Shown: one piece after another, positions 1 through 12,673 of the stretch
Numbering within the stretch: position 1 is the first letter of the stretch
How the letters are laid out: each line of letters begins with the position of its first letter
NCBI GenBank assembly: GCA_014905635.1
Contig: CM026547.1
Coordinates: forward strand, 4,340,001 to 4,404,000
Length of the DNA stretch: 64,000 nt
Direction of reading: 5' to 3'
DNA from: Scenedesmus sp. PABB004
Lineage: Eukaryota
Notes under the pieces: model-generated
Told to the model about the DNA's origin: nothing
Databases searched by the model: none
The model's input: the letters and a program-made list of their open reading frames with translations, nothing else
Made by a program: the position numbers and the translations under genes

Positions 1-1731
1 TCAGCGCGCGCGCGCCGCGCGCCGGCCGCCCGGCGCGCCGCCGCCGCGCGGCGCGCTCTTGAGGTAACCAAATTTTTCCATGTCGCACGCGTACCAGCGG
101 CTGACCGCGTCGAGGCAGTGCGCGTGCGCGCCGCCGTACGGCCGCGACACGTTGCCGGCGCGTACGTTTTTGGGGACGAGCGGGTTGTACGGCAGCTCCG
201 GCAGCCCCGCGTCGCGCCGCGCGTTGATGGCCTTGACCACGAGCGTCCAGTCCTCGTTCGCCGACTCCACGCGCCCCACAAAGTCGACCGCCCAGTCGCC
301 GCTCTGGGTGACCATGCAATGGTGCTGCGAGCGCGCGGCGGCGGCACGGCACGGCGTCGGCGCGCGCGGCCGTCGCCCGCGCCGCCGGCCCCCGGCCGCG
401 CGCCCGCCGGCGGGCGGGGGGCCCGTGCTATAGGGGCGTCGGGCCTTAAACCCTAAACCCTAAGTCCCCACCTGGTCCATCATGTGGAAGTACATGTATG
501 ACTTGCTTCGGTAGAGGCACCCCGCGTCGGCCACGCGGTCGCTCGAACCCCAGGGGTCGGTGCAAAAGGTCGACCAGTCCATCTGGCAGCGCGGCGCCGT
601 CACGTTGTCCCTGCGCGCGCGCCGCCGAGGGCGGGCGGGCCGGCGGGCGTCGGCCGGGCGCCCCAGCGCCGCGCCCAGCGGCGCGCGCCGCCGCCGCGGC
701 GGCCGGCGCCAGCGCTTTCCGCACCCGAGCATACACCCGTCGCTCTGCATATACTTGAACAGGCTGTAAGCGCGCTTCCAGGGGTTGCGCACAAAGCCAA
801 ACACGTAGTAGTCGCGCCACATGTCGGTGATGTTTTTGGGGTCGCGGTAAAAGTGCTCCCAGCTGCTGTGCATGCCCATGCACGTGCTCGCGTTGTGCCC
901 GCGCGTGCGCACGTTGTTGCACTCGCCGAGCTCGTCCACGATGCTCGTGCTTGCGGCCTTGGGGCTGCGGATGTAGATGTACTTGTACCTGGCAGCGGCG
1001 GGGCGGCGGGGCAGGCAGGGGAGGCGGGGCGCGGGCGTGGGCGGCGCGCCGGCGCGGGCGTGGCTGCGGCAGCGCACAGCGGCGCGCGCGCGCACGCGCT
1101 GCTGTCGCCGCCGCCGCCGCCAGCAGCACACGCTCGCTCACTTGTGGTTGATGAACACGTGGCAGCCGGGGAAGGGCAGCGGCGGGTGGTCGGCGGCGGC
1201 GCAGGTGTAGCTCTCCCGCGTCGCGGCGCCCTGGCCGCGCAGCGTGCGGTTGAGCCGCCACGACAGGAAGGAATCGAAGCGCGCCTCCGACTGCTTGGTG
1301 GACCAGGCCTCCCACGCAAGGTGGCCCTTCTTGGCCACCGGGCCCCAGATCGTCGGCTGCAGCGCCTCCACGTCCGGCTCGGCGCCGAGCTCGGGGAAGG
1401 CCGCCGTGAACGTCGTGCCGCGCACCGATGCGGGGCCGGTCGCCGCCGCCGCGCCCACGAGCGCAGCGGCGGCGGCGGCGGCGCCGCCGTCGTCGCCGCC
1501 GCCGGCGCCGCCGGCCTCGTCGATGCGCGCCGCCTGGTCCGCCTCGGCGCGGTCTTGCATCTGCAGGTGGCGCGAGTCGTTCCAGCCAAACTTGCCGCCG
1601 CTGCTGGCGCCCGCGCGCACCGACGCGCTGCGCACGCTGCTCCACTCCGCGAACAGCGCGACGAGGATGACGCAGGACAGCGCGCCCAGGAAGGGCCGCC
1701 CCCGCGCGACCCAAAACGGCGGCGCCGGCAT
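1..1731 (-). CDS. Sulfotransferase family 2 (carbohydrate sulfotransferase-like) type II membrane protein, multi-exon
   Basis: ATG at 1731 gives MPAPPFWVARGRPFLGALSCVILVALFAEW (N-terminal TM anchor). Spliced exons give HK/YKYIYIRSPKAASTS (5'-PSB-like), FGFVRNPWKRAYSLFKY (3'-PB-like) and DFVGRVE...DMEKFGY. TGA at 1-3. Confidence 0.8.
447..463. repeat. Short interstitial plant-type telomere repeat / telo-box (TAAACCCTAAACCCTAA) in an intron
   Basis: About 2.5 copies of CCCTAAA in otherwise very GC-rich sequence. Confidence 0.7.
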
Positions 1732-2082
1732 GCCGCCGGGCGGTCGCCGCCCCGCGCTGCCGGGGTACGAGGGGCGCCCCAGCGCGGCGGGCTCGCGCGC
1801 GCACGCGCGCACGCCGCCCGCTTCCGCTGTAGCGCCGACCGCGGTCCCGGGGCCGGCGTGGGTGCCGCCGGTGCCGCGGACACACTGCCGCCGCCGCTGT
1901 GCTCCGCGCGCGCGCGCAGCTGCCGCCGCTGGGCGGCGGGCCGGCCGGCTGCCCGGAGCTGGCCGCCGTTCGCTGGGGCTGCGTCGGCCCGGCTCCTGTG
2001 CGGCTCAGGCCTCTGCGGGGGGCGGTCGTGGCAGTGGTGAACGATTGCTTGCTGCGACTGCTCAGCCGCGTGGGCCCGGGCG

Positions 2083-2084
<2 letters not shown>

Positions 2085-2115
<31 letters not shown>
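2085..2115. repeat. Poly-G tract (~31 nt)
   Basis: Uninterrupted G run in the intergenic region. Confidence 0.95.
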
Positions 2116-2792
2116 CGGCGTCCTGCAGGGCGTCACGCCCCGCCCGGCCCACAGGGCTCGCAAGCTCGGGCGTGGCTGGCCGCGGCGAGAGGCGGCCTGG
2201 CCAACGGACGTCCGCGACTCGGGCGCCCGCGGCCCCCTGCCGGCGCGCCTGGCCCTGCACGCCCGGCTGCTCGCAGCTGGAAACGACCGGCCGACCCCCG
2301 GCGCGGCTGCGGGCCCTGCGGCGCCGTGTCACCGCAGAATGGGGCTGTGTGCTGCTGCTGCCCCGCCACGTCGCGCCGGCCTGCCCGCCTGGCCCCCCAG
2401 CCGGCCTCTTCGCTCCCACCAGCAGCTCACCGCGCGCCGATTGGCCGCCCGAGCGCGTCGCGGCCTCCGCTGCGCGACCTAGTGGCGGGCTGCGCGCTGC
2501 CGCGCCGGCGCAGCGATGGCGAGCGCCACAGACCGATCGAACTGAGGCAGGGAGGGGTGGAGGGCGGGCCCTGGCAAGCGCGCGCTGAAGCACCGTCACA
2601 GCAGCAGCGCCCGCCGAGCTCCTGCCTCCTCAGGCGCGCGCTGTGTGGCCTCCCGCCCGCCCGCAGCGACGCCCACAGCTCGCCAACGCCAGCCCGCCCG
2701 CCGCCGCCGCGCTCGCCGGCCGCCCCGCCGCCGCCGCCGCCGCTGCTGTCGCCCGCCGGCTGCTGCCGCCGCGCGAGCGCGCCGTCGCCGGC

Positions 2793-4038
2793 ATGGAGCA
2801 GCCCGTGTCGCTGCGGTCGCACGAGCCGGGGGGCAACCTGAAGCTCATCAGCCGCTCGCTGCGCGGCGCCGCAAAGGCGACGCCCGACTCCGCCTACGTC
2901 TGCGTCGGCGACTGGATCGACGTCGAGGAGCCCGACTTCCTCAAGTGCGCCAGCAGCCGCGGCCAACGCGGGCGCCCCCACGCGGCACCTGCAGCCGCGG
3001 CCGCACGCGGCGGGGCCGCGCCCGCACGCGCGCCGCGAGCGCCGGCCGGCGCGCCGCGCCGCGCCCGCCGCAGGGGGCACGGCACCGCGCTCGTGGAGGG
3101 GCGGCTCGTGGCGACGCTGTGCGGCGTAGTGCAGCGCATCGACAAGCTCATCTACGTGCAGCCCGTCAAGAGCAGGCGCGCGCCGGCCGGTGGCGCCGCC
3201 GGCAAAGCAGGCGGCGGTCGTGGCGGCGGAACAGGCGGCGGAGCACGCTCTGCGCCGCTGACTGCGCTCACGCTGCGCGTCGGCGTCCGCCGTCGTCGCC
3301 GCCGCCGCAGGTATACGCCCGAGGTGGGCGACGTCGTGGTGGGCCGCGTCACAGAGGTGCGGCGCCGCTCGCGCGGCCGCCCGCGGCGCCGCTCCCCGCG
3401 CCCGCTCGCCGCGCGCAGCCGACAGCCCCGCCCCGCGCGCGCGCGCCGCGCCGTGCGCCGCCGCAGATCGCTGGCAAGCGCTGGAAGGTCGACCTCAACA
3501 GCCGGCAGGAGGCGGGGCTGCTCATCAGCGCGGTCAACCTGCCGGGCGGCGTGCAGGTCCGGCGCCGGCGGCCGCGGGCGCCGCGCGGCGCGCTGCGGGC
3601 GCCGCACGCGGGCGCGCCGACGCGGCCGTGCGCGCGCCCGCAGCGGCGGCGCAACGCCGAGGATGAGCTCAACATGCGCAGCATGTTCCGAGAGGGAGAC
3701 CTCATCAGCGTGAGCGACGGGCCAGCGCACGAGCAGCGCCGCTGGCCGCGGCGCCGGGAGCGGGCGGCGCGCGCGCCCGCCGCGCGGGCAGCGGGCCGGG
3801 CTGGGGCGGTCGCCGACGCCGCGCGGGCGCGCGCGCGCACGCCGCCGCCGGTTGTGGGGCCAGGCCGAGGTGCAGGGCAAGAGCCACGACGGCGGCATCC
3901 AGCTGCACACGCGCAGCGTCAAGTTTGGCAAGGTGCGGCGGCCGCACGCCTGCCTGCGCGCCAGGCGGCCCGCCGCGCTGCGCTGCACAAGGCGCTGCGG
4001 GCGGCGGGTGCACCCGGCCGCGCCGGGCGCGCGCCCCA

Positions 4039-4127
<89 letters not shown>

Positions 4128-4744
4128 GCCCCTCGCCCGGCGCAGCTGAGCGGGGGGCAGCTCGTGGTCGTGCCGGCGCGGCTGGTGAAGAAGCAGCGCT
4201 TCCACTTCACCACGCTGGCGGGGCTCGACGTCGACGTCATTGCCGGGCTCAACGGCCTCATCTGGGTCGCGCCCCACGTGCCGCGCGCCGAGGACGGCGC
4301 GCCCCTGCAGCAGCAGGCGCAGCAGGCGCCGGAGCAGCAGCAGCAGCAGGGCGCGGGCGGCGGCGGGCCGAGCGCCGAGCAGCGCGAGGCGGTCGTCCGC
4401 GCGGCGGCCGCCATACGCGCGCTGGCGGCGCTGATGCTGCAGGTCTTCCCCGAGTCAATCAGCGAAGCCTACGCGGTGCGGCGCGGGGGGCGCGGGCGGC
4501 GCGGGCGGAGGCGCGGCACGGGCGCCGCGGCGCCGCGCTGGCAGGGCGCGGTCCGCACGCCGACCGCCCGGCGCCCGCCGCCGCCGCCGCCCGGCGCCCG
4601 CCGCCACCCGGCGGTGGCCACCAGGCGTCCGTGGAGGCGGGCGTGGCGGTGCGGGAGATGACGGAGCGGCGCTTCCTGGAGGTGCTGGCGCAGCGCGAGG
4701 TCGCGCGGCGGCAGCGCGAGGCGGCCGCGGGCGGCAGCGATTGA
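2793..4744 (+). CDS. RRP4: Exosome complex component RRP4 (EXOSC2), multi-exon
   Basis: Spliced product contains GHGT...LVATLCGVVQRIDKLIYVQPVKSRYTPEVGDVVVGRVTEIAGKRWKVDLNSRQEAGLLISAVNLPGGVQRRRNAEDELNMR...EGDLISAEVQ...LHTRSVKFGKL...DVIAGLNGLIWV, the S1+KH signature of RRP4. Confidence 0.95.
4040..4126. repeat. (CCG)n trinucleotide microsatellite, ~29 units, in an RRP4 intron
   Basis: Perfect CCG run just upstream of the acceptor at ~4145. Confidence 0.95.
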
Positions 4745-5091
4745 GCGGGCGCGGGCCCGGGGTTCTGTGTGCACGCGGCGTGCGCACGCAGCGGCCTGCT
4801 TGAGCTTGCCATCGGTGAGCCAGATCAGCGTGGCTGTTCGCCCACTGGCAACAGGCACCGCCGTGGCGCACGGCGGGGCAGCGCTCACCGCCGCGGCCGC
4901 GCGCCGCACGCAGCCCGCACTCCACCCAAAGCAGCAGCAGCCATGCCGCCCCCGCGCGTGATCGCCCCCTTCAGACTCTAGCGGAGCTGTGCGGAAGGCG
5001 GCAGCAGGCGCCGCGGTTGCAGCAGCGGCAGCAGCGCGCTGCTGCGACAGCGCTTGCGCGGCAGCGGCACGAGCAACCGCCAGCCCGTGCG

Positions 5092-8052
5092 ATGGCCGGC
5101 AACGCCGCGTGGGACGCGCTGCCGACGCCGATCGTGACGGACGTGCTGCTGCGCGCTGGGACGGCGAGCTGGGCGCCCGCCGCCGCGGCGTGCCGGGGCT
5201 GGCGCGCAGCCGTGCAGGCTGGCGCTCCCGAGCTGTCCCCGCGCAGCGTGCAGGTGTGGGCTGCGCGCGTGCCGGCGGCCCGGCGCCGCGCCTGCCGCCG
5301 CACGCAGTCCCACGCTGCCGCGCCCGCAGGCGCTGCGCTTCGTCGGCGGCTGCGGCGCGCTGCGAGCGCTGCGCCTGGGCGCGGCGCAGCCCGTGGCCCC
5401 GGGCGGTGCGCTGACCTCCTTCGCGCACGTCGCCGGCGCGACGGCGCTCACGTTGCTTGACCTGGCGAGCAGCAGCAGCGCGGCGTGGCGCGGCCGCGTC
5501 GCCGCGCTGCCGGCGGCCGACCTGGCGGCCGTGACGGCGCTCTCGCTCCTTCAGGAGCTCGACCTGAGCCACCAGCCGCTCCTGGCGGCGCCGGACGTGC
5601 TGGCGCCGCTGACGGCGCTCGCGCCGCACCTCACGCGCCTCGCGCTGCGCCTGGCCGGCGCGGGCTGGCGCCTGCACGCGAGCGCGTGGCGCGTGCTGAG
5701 CTCGCTCACGCACCTGCGCGCGGCCGACCTCGCCGGCTGCGCGCGGTGCGAGGGCACGCTCGCGCCCGCCCCGCTGGAGGCGCTGAGCACGCTGGTCGAC
5801 CTGCAGCAGCTTTGCCTCGCCGATTGGGAGGAGGCGCCCAGCGCAGCCGGTGCGTGCGCGCGCCTGGGGCGACCGCCCGCCGAGGCCGGCCCCGCGCGCC
5901 GTGCCGAGCCCGCGCGTGCGCGCCCGGCCGCCGCTGGCCGCAGGCATGCGGGCGCTGGCCGGCCTGCCGTCGCTCGCTGCCCTCGACCTCTCGCGCTGCC
6001 TCGAGGGCGGCGGCACGGCACAGCCGCCGCCGCGCGTGCCGCTGCTGGCGCTGCTGCTGGGCGGCAGCGCGCCGCAGCTGGCGCAGGAGCGCCAGCGGTC
6101 GGAGGAGCAGGGCCTCGCGCTGCTGGGCGGCGGGGTGGCTGGCGGAGCTGGTCCCTTCTTTGGCAGCCTCGTCGAGCTCCGCGCGACCGCCTGCCGCGGC
6201 CTGTCGTTCAGCGACGCGCTGTGGGCGCGGCTGTCGTCCCTGCAGCGCCTCGACCTCAGCGGCGCGGAGCGGCTCGCGGGCGAGGGCCTCGCGCGGCTGG
6301 CGGGCCGCCTGCAGTCGCTCGTGCTGCAGGGTGAGCGCGCGCGGCGCGCTGCGCCGGCGCCACGGCCTGCTGCCGCACGCGCCGCCCGCCGCCGGCGCTG
6401 CCGCCGCCGCGCTGCGAACCGTCGTGGCGCGCCGCACGCAGGCTGCGCCCAGCTCGACTACGACGCGCTGGCGGAGCTGCTCCGCGGCGCGGGCGCCCTG
6501 CGGACCCTCGACCTGAGCGGCGCGACCGTGATCCTCGCCGCCGCCGGCGCGACCGGCCAGCAGCTGCTGCGCGGGCACTACCGGCCGCCGCCGGGCGCGC
6601 CGCGCCGCGGCAACGGCGGCGGCGGCGGCCGTCGCGACGTGGCGGGCCCTGGCAGCGCCGCACCGCCGCAGCCGCCGCCGGCGGCGGGGCTGCGCGTGCT
6701 GGCAATGACGCGCTGCGGGTTGGCGCTGGCGGGCCTTGGCGCGTGGCACGCGCTGCCCGACGCGCCGCTGCCGCCGCCGGCCGACCCGGGGCTGCTGCTG
6801 CTGGACCTCGTCGCCGCGACCGCGGGCGGCGGCCTCGGCGGCCTGCGCACGCTGCGCTGGGGCCAGGCCTCGTCGCCGCTGCTGGAGCTGCTGCTCTGCG
6901 CCGCCGCGCCGTGCGCGGCGCCGCACCTCGAGGAGCTGGAGCTGTGTGGCGGCGTGCTGCCGCCCGACCCGAGCCGCTGCTGGGCCGGCCTTGCCGCGGC
7001 GACGCGGCTGCGGCGGCTCGACGTGTCGCAGGTCGGCTTTGCGCGCCAGGGCGGCGCCGTCGTGTGCGGCGCCAACCCGACCGTCTCCCTCCTGCGCGCG
7101 CTGGCGGGCATGCGGGGGCTGGAGGAGCTCCGCCTCGCAGGCTGGCGCTTCTTTTTTGCCGACCTGCACGCCCTCGCCAACCTGCACGCGCTGCGCTGCC
7201 TCGACCTCTCCGGCGCGCGCGACGTCGGCGACCAGGCGCTCTGGAGCCTCACACACCTGCGAGGTGCGCGGCGCCCCGGGGCGCGGCAGCCGGTCCTGCC
7301 CGCCGGCGCGCCCGCCGCTGACCGCGCCGCGCCCGCCACGCCGCGCGCCGCCGCGCGCCGCCGCGCCGCCAGGCCTCACGCAGCTGCGGCTCGGCGGCGC
7401 GGCGGCGGGCAGCCCCCACACCTGGGGGCTCGTCTTTTCGCACATGCCCCACCTCGCCTGCCTGGACCTGTCGGGCTGCGCCGCCTTCACGAGCGCCAGC
7501 GTGGCGGGCCTGCTCCAGCTGACCGCGCTGACCGCCCTGGACATTCGCGGCACCGGGGCCGGCGACGAGGCGGCGGTGGAGCTGCTGGCGCGGCTGCCCG
7601 GCATCCGCCGCCTGGCGCTGACGCTCGCGCCGCCCAGCGGCGGCTGCTGCGCGCGGCGGCCGGGCGGCGAGGCGGCGGCCGCCGCGGCTGCGGCGCTGCA
7701 GCCGGAGCCGGCGGCGTCGAGCGGCGCGGCGGGCGCGCGCGGCAGCGAAGGGGGCGGCCCGCCGCCGTCGCTGCTGCAGCAGCTGGTGGCGCACCTGGGC
7801 CACAGCCGCATCTCGCACGGCCCGCCACCTGGCGCGGCGCAGCAGCCGCCTCCGCAGCCGCCGCTGGCGCCCCCGTGCGCGGGCGCGCTGCTGCCGCGGC
7901 GGCGCAGCAGCGGCAGCGACGCGCGGCTGGAGGACTACGACTGCCTGGCGCTGCTGGGGCGGGGGGCGCTGCGGCAGCTCGAGCTGGGCGCGGGGCCGGC
8001 GGTGGCGGAGCACGTGCGCGCGCTCCTGCCGGCGTGGGTGGAGGTGCGCTGA
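5092..8052 (+). CDS. F-box/leucine-rich-repeat protein, multi-exon
   Basis: F-box-like N-terminus MAGNAAWDALPTPIVTDVLLRAG...ACRGWR, followed by many LxxLDLSxC repeats (LQELDLSH, LRAADLAGC, LAALDLSRC, LQRLDLSG, LRCLDLSG, LACLDLSGC). TGA at 8050-8052. Confidence 0.8.
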
Positions 8053-8211
8053 GCGTCGGTAGGTGTTGCATCGCCGTCGGCGCGGCGACCGGCGCGCATG
8101 AGGATTGTGCGCGTGGTCGTGGCCCCGCAACAAGCAGCAGGGCGCGCGCGTCGCTCGCTCTCTCTCTCGCGCCGAGGCGGCAAGTCCTGCGAGCAGCGCG
8201 CCCAGCACGAC

Positions 8212-8213
<2 letters not shown>

Positions 8214-8287
<74 letters not shown>
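8214..8287. repeat. (CA)n microsatellite
   Basis: Long perfect CA run between convergent genes. Confidence 0.95.
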
Positions 8288-8288
<1 letters not shown>

Positions 8289-8323
8289 CAACAACACACG
8301 TGCACACACCAGCATGCGCGATC

Positions 8324-8328
8324 TTACA
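8324..8328 (-). promoter_or_regulatory. Putative chlorophyte poly(A) signal TGTAA downstream of the CHRD gene
   Basis: TTACA on the + strand, ~500 bp past the minus-strand stop. Confidence 0.4.
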
Positions 8329-8826
8329 CACCCAGCCAGTGGCAGGACACACGGAAAACCCAGCATCAAGGGAGGTCGCGCGTCACCCTCCTGCATGCAG
8401 GAGGCTGCAAGCCCGCCCGAGGCGGCAAAGCGAGCGCCGCCCATCCTGCGTCAAACATGCGTTATCTCGCAGTCAGCGGCCGCCCGAGCGCACGGGACGG
8501 CGGCGCTGCAAGCGCCAGCCCACGGGAGCCCCTGCCATGCTTGTCACATCCAGCAGGTCGGTGGGTGCAAAGGCAAAGGCCAGTAGGAGGTATGAGGTCG
8601 TCGATTGGCAGAGGCCCAGAGCTCACGGTACAAGCGCGCCGGGTCGCGTGCAAACATCACAGAAAGTGCAAGGTGCGTCGCGCGCAGAAATGAGGTCCGG
8701 CCTGCTCAGATCCACCCCACGGCGGGGCGCCGTCGTTCAGCGCCGAGTGCAGTCGTCGTTTGTCTTGGTCGTCGTTGGTGCGGCGCCGCCGCGCCGGCGC
8801 CGGCCGTTCGGGGCCGCGCCGTCGAT

Positions 8827-9601
8827 TCAGGGGCTGCTGCGCCACTTGCGGCCGGTCAGGCAGCCGGTCGTGTACTCGGAGCCGTGCTTGGAGGAGGGGG
8901 CGGGGAGGAGCTGGCCGCGGATCGCCCCCGCGGGGTAGGCGGCGGTGTGGATGTTGCCGTCTGCGCGGAGGGCGGCGCGGGCGCGTGGGCGCGGGCGCGC
9001 GCGGCCACGGGCGGCGGGCCGGGGCGCGCGCGCGGGCGGCCCGGCCGCGCCGCGCCGCGGCGCGGCGGGCGGCGCCCCGGCGGCGCTCACAGGTGTTGCC
9101 CGTGCGCAGCGCGGCCTCGAACATGGTCCAGTTGGTCGCGGCGCCGCCAAAGTTGATGAGGTCGCTCGCGTTGAACTTGCCGGTGGTGCCGAGGGTGCAG
9201 ATGTCAAACGGCACGATCTGAGGCAGCGCCGGGACGTTCAGGATGTCGCGCGTCGCGTTGGGCGCGAGCGCGGGGAGCAGCGCGACGACGGGCGGGCCGT
9301 TGGTGGTGGAGTTGCCGTAGTGGATGTGGCTCATGGTGTAGCCGGTGACGTCGTACATGTAGAAGCTGTACACGCCGGTCTGGGCGACAGGGTCAATCTT
9401 CACCACGAGCGTGGCCTTGGCGCGGGTGATCGTCGGGGCCGGCACCGACTTGGCGGAGTCGAGGAAGGCGACGAAGGTGTTGGGGTCGGGGGCGGGGCCC
9501 CAGCCGTCGTGCTTGCCGCCCCAGTGCTCGGGCTGGGCCTGCGCCGCAGCGGCGGCCGCGCAGGCGAAAAGCACCGCCAGAGCGAGCGTGGTGCGGGCCA
9601 T
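8827..9601 (-). CDS. Secreted CHRD-domain protein, 2 coding exons
   Basis: Signal peptide MARTTLALAVLFACAAAAAA. CHRD motifs TMSHIHYGNSTTNGPPVVAL and, after splicing, GNTYGNIHTAAYPAGAIRGQL. Confidence 0.85.
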
Positions 9602-10167
9602 GGTGGCGGCGACCTGCGGGCGGCGCGGCGCGGTGGGGAGTCGGTCAGCGGCCTGAGGGCGGCGGCGCAGGGCGGCGGACGCAAACGGCGCGCGGCGTGG
9701 AGCAGCGGGACCGCGCGCTGTCGGGGAGCGGTTTGCGTGCCGCGATGGGCGTTTGGGCGCGCGACATTTTTTTCCGATCTGCTGCTGCATGCGCCCGGTG
9801 CGCCGCGCATCCGCGGCCCGCCGGGCCCCGCAGGCGCGAGGGTCCCGCTCAGCGTAGTGTCGACGTGCGAGCGCGCCGGCCGCGTGGCCGCGCGCGCGCC
9901 CGGGCGAGCGCAGGGGCCGCGCAGTGCAGGCCCACCTTCGAGAGCGGAAAGGAGGCCGGCGCGACGGCGCGCTGGGCTGCCGGTGGTTGCAATGGAGCGG
10001 GAGGGGTGTGATGAGCTCACTGCGCGGGGGCGATCGCCTAATGTAGCGCCCGCGCGCCGGGCGGGCGTCGCGACATCCTCAGAACCCTTGAGTGCAGCCG
10101 TGCGTCACGACGCCGCGAATCACCGCAGCCGTGCGTCACAGGAGCTCCAGCACAACTCGCGCATCGC

Positions 10168-11213
10168 TCACGGGGCGCCCGGCGCACCGCCTCCGCCGCT
10201 GCCGTCACCGCTGCTGCCGCCGGTGCCGTCGCGGGCGTCGACCGCCTTCACGCGCTCGCCGCGCAGCGCTGCCACGAACTGGCGCCGGAACGCCCGGCTC
10301 GCCGGCAGCAGCAGCGGCCACAGCAGCAGCAGGCGCCAGCGCTCGCTCTCCTTGTAGGTCGTCAGCGCGTACGCGCGCGCCCACGCCGCCGTCACCGCCG
10401 CCCACGCGCCGGCGAGCGCGAGCGCGGCGAACAGCAGCAGCGGGCTGCCCAGCGGCGCCGCGGTGCCGTGCGCGGTCGTCAGCGGGACCAGGGGGCCGCC
10501 GGAGCGAATGGTCACGCTCTGGTAGTACCTGCGCCGGCGGGGAGGGGGAGGGGAGGGAAGGGGGGGGGGGGGGCGTCAGGTCACACAGGGCCCCCGATAT
10601 CGCACCCTGACCTGCGGCAGGGCAGGGCTGGCCTCGCCCGGAGCGCCGCGCGCTGCGGTGGCGTGCGCGGCGCGCGGCGCGCGGCGCTGGTGCGGCCGCG
10701 CCGCGCGGCGCGCGCGCGCGCGCCTGTACGACCCCGGCGCGCGCTCCTCGCGGCGCTCGATGCGCACGCCGTCCTCGGCGCGGCGCAGGCCGCGCGCCAG
10801 CTCGGCGTCGAGCGCGCGCTGCGCGGCGTCGAGGTCGCGCATCGCGCCGTCAAACGCGCGGTCTGCCTCGCGCATCGCGCTGTCAAACTCGCGGTCGAAC
10901 GCGCCAAACACGGACAGCGGCGGCGCGGCAAACGGCTCCGGTGCGCCGCTGCTGCCCCAGCCGCCCGCGGCGGCGGCGGCCAGCTGGCGGCGCCGCCGGG
11001 GCGCAGGCGCGGCGGGGCGCGGCAGCGGCAGCGTCGGCGAGAGCGCCGCCCGCTGCACGGCGGGCCTGGCGGCTCCCAGCCGATGCGCCTGCGGGGGAGC
11101 GGCGCGGGGCGGTCGCGCGTGGGCGACGAGGGCGTCGCAGCGGGCCGCTGCCGCGCCGCTGCCTCCGGCGCGGCGCCGGCGCGGCGCGGCTCAGGCCCCA
11201 CCGCCGCGGCCAT
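10168..11213 (-). CDS. Hypothetical membrane protein with a putative plastid transit peptide, 3 exons
   Basis: Spliced reading MAAA/RAALSPTLPLPRPAAP...FDREFDSAMREADRAFDGAMRDLD (helical)...GVRIERREERAPGSYRYYQSVTI...hydrophobic segments...YKESERWRLLLLWPLLLPASRAFRRQF. Coherent protein-like sequence with consistent splice phases. Confidence 0.65.
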
Positions 11214-11682
11214 CGCGGACTCAGCAGTGACAGCCGACAATCAGGGCGCGAGCATGGATACAGCCGAAACCGGCAGCGGCAGCGGCGCAGCGCGGCGAGA
11301 AGCTTCTGGCAGCGCGCGCCGCCGCACAGCTGCGGAAGGGTGCGCGGGGGCCGGGGATGGAGCGACGGGCGCGGGGCGGCTGGAGGGCGCACTGCCGGCA
11401 GGAGCGGCGGGCAGCCGTCGAGGCCCAGGGTCGTCAAACGTGCGCGATAACATGACGCCCCGCGCTGCGGGAGCCCCGCCCCAGGTTGCTAAGCTGCCGC
11501 GCCCCGGTCCACTCCCCGCCCCCGCCTCCGTCCCCGCCCCCGCCGCCTCCGCCGCCCTGCCCGCCCGCCCGCGCGCGCGGCGCCGCTGCCGCTGCAGCGC
11601 CGCCGCGCGCGCCGCGCCCTGCCCGGCCCGCCCGCCCGCCCGCCAGCTGCTGCGTCGCGCTCGCGCGCCCTCTCGCGCGCGC

Positions 11683-12673
11683 TCACGACTTGGCCTCGAG
11701 CGCCGAGTCGAGCGCGGAGAAGAGCTCCTGTGCGGTGCGGTTGATCGCGGCCTCAAAGTCGTCCGTCGCGGCGGCCGCCTGCGCCGACGTGAGCGCCGAC
11801 TTGACCGCGGTCGAGTCAAACTGGTCGAGCGTCGCCGCCTCGAGCACGCAGATGTCGGTCGTGGCGTTGGGGTGCACAAACGCAAAGCCGCCGCTCACAA
11901 AGAACTTCTGCACGTCCGCGCCGTCGTGCAGCTCCACGACGCCCGGCTTGAGCTGCGCGATGATGGGCACGTGGTTGGCCTTCACGCCAAAGTAGCCCTC
12001 CACGCCCGGCAGCAGCACCTGCTCCAGCTGCGCGCGAGGCGGCGGCGGCGGCGGCGGCGGCGGCGGGCGGGTCGGACCCCGCGCGGGCGCGCCGCGCGCG
12101 GGGCGGCCGCTGCTCGCGTCCCGCGCGGCCTGGCGCCGGCCCAGGCCGCCGCCCGCCGCCACGCCGCCGGCGCGGCGGACGCCGCCCGCTGCACGTCGCC
12201 GCCTGGGGGGCAGCAGCACCGCGCCGGCGCCGGCAGCACCGCCCCGCGCGCCGGCGCCAGCAGCAGCGCTGCTGCCAGCCCCGCCGCGCCGCGCCGCGCC
12301 GCCGCGGCCCCGACGCGCGTGTCACCGGCCTGACGCGCGCCGGGCCGGCCGGCGGCCGCGCCCGGGGCCTGGCGGGCGGCGGGGGGCGGGCGCTGATCTG
12401 GGGCCGCACCTTGGTGGCCGCGACGACGCCGTTGGGCGTGTAGAAGTTGACCGCGAAGCGCTCCCCGTCCGTGGCGCCCTCGGCGGCCGCCTCGGGGGCC
12501 AGGAAGCCGCTGGGGAACTCGGGCAGGCCGAGCGTGGAGGGCGCGGTGCGGTTCCAGGCCTCCGTGAACTCCTTCACGCCCGCCGGGGCGGCCTCGCCCT
12601 CGCGCAGGGCCGCCGAGGTGCTCAGGCCGCGCCCGCCGGCCCGCAGCAGGCGGGAGGCCGCCTGGCGCAGCAT
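11683..12673 (-). CDS. ATP16: Mitochondrial F1 ATP synthase delta subunit, 2 exons
   Basis: Presequence MLRQAASRLLR... followed by VNFYTPNG...EQVLLPGVEGYFGVKANHVPIIAQLKPGVVELH...KFFVSGGFAFVHPN...DICVLEA. Confidence 0.95.

Noticed and set aside
446..2599. Long R/A/P/G-rich ORFs here and throughout (e.g. 24305-27424 minus, 58851-61163 minus)
   Set aside because: Stop-codon scarcity at very high GC; they are antisense or out of frame to recognisable genes and have no domain motifs
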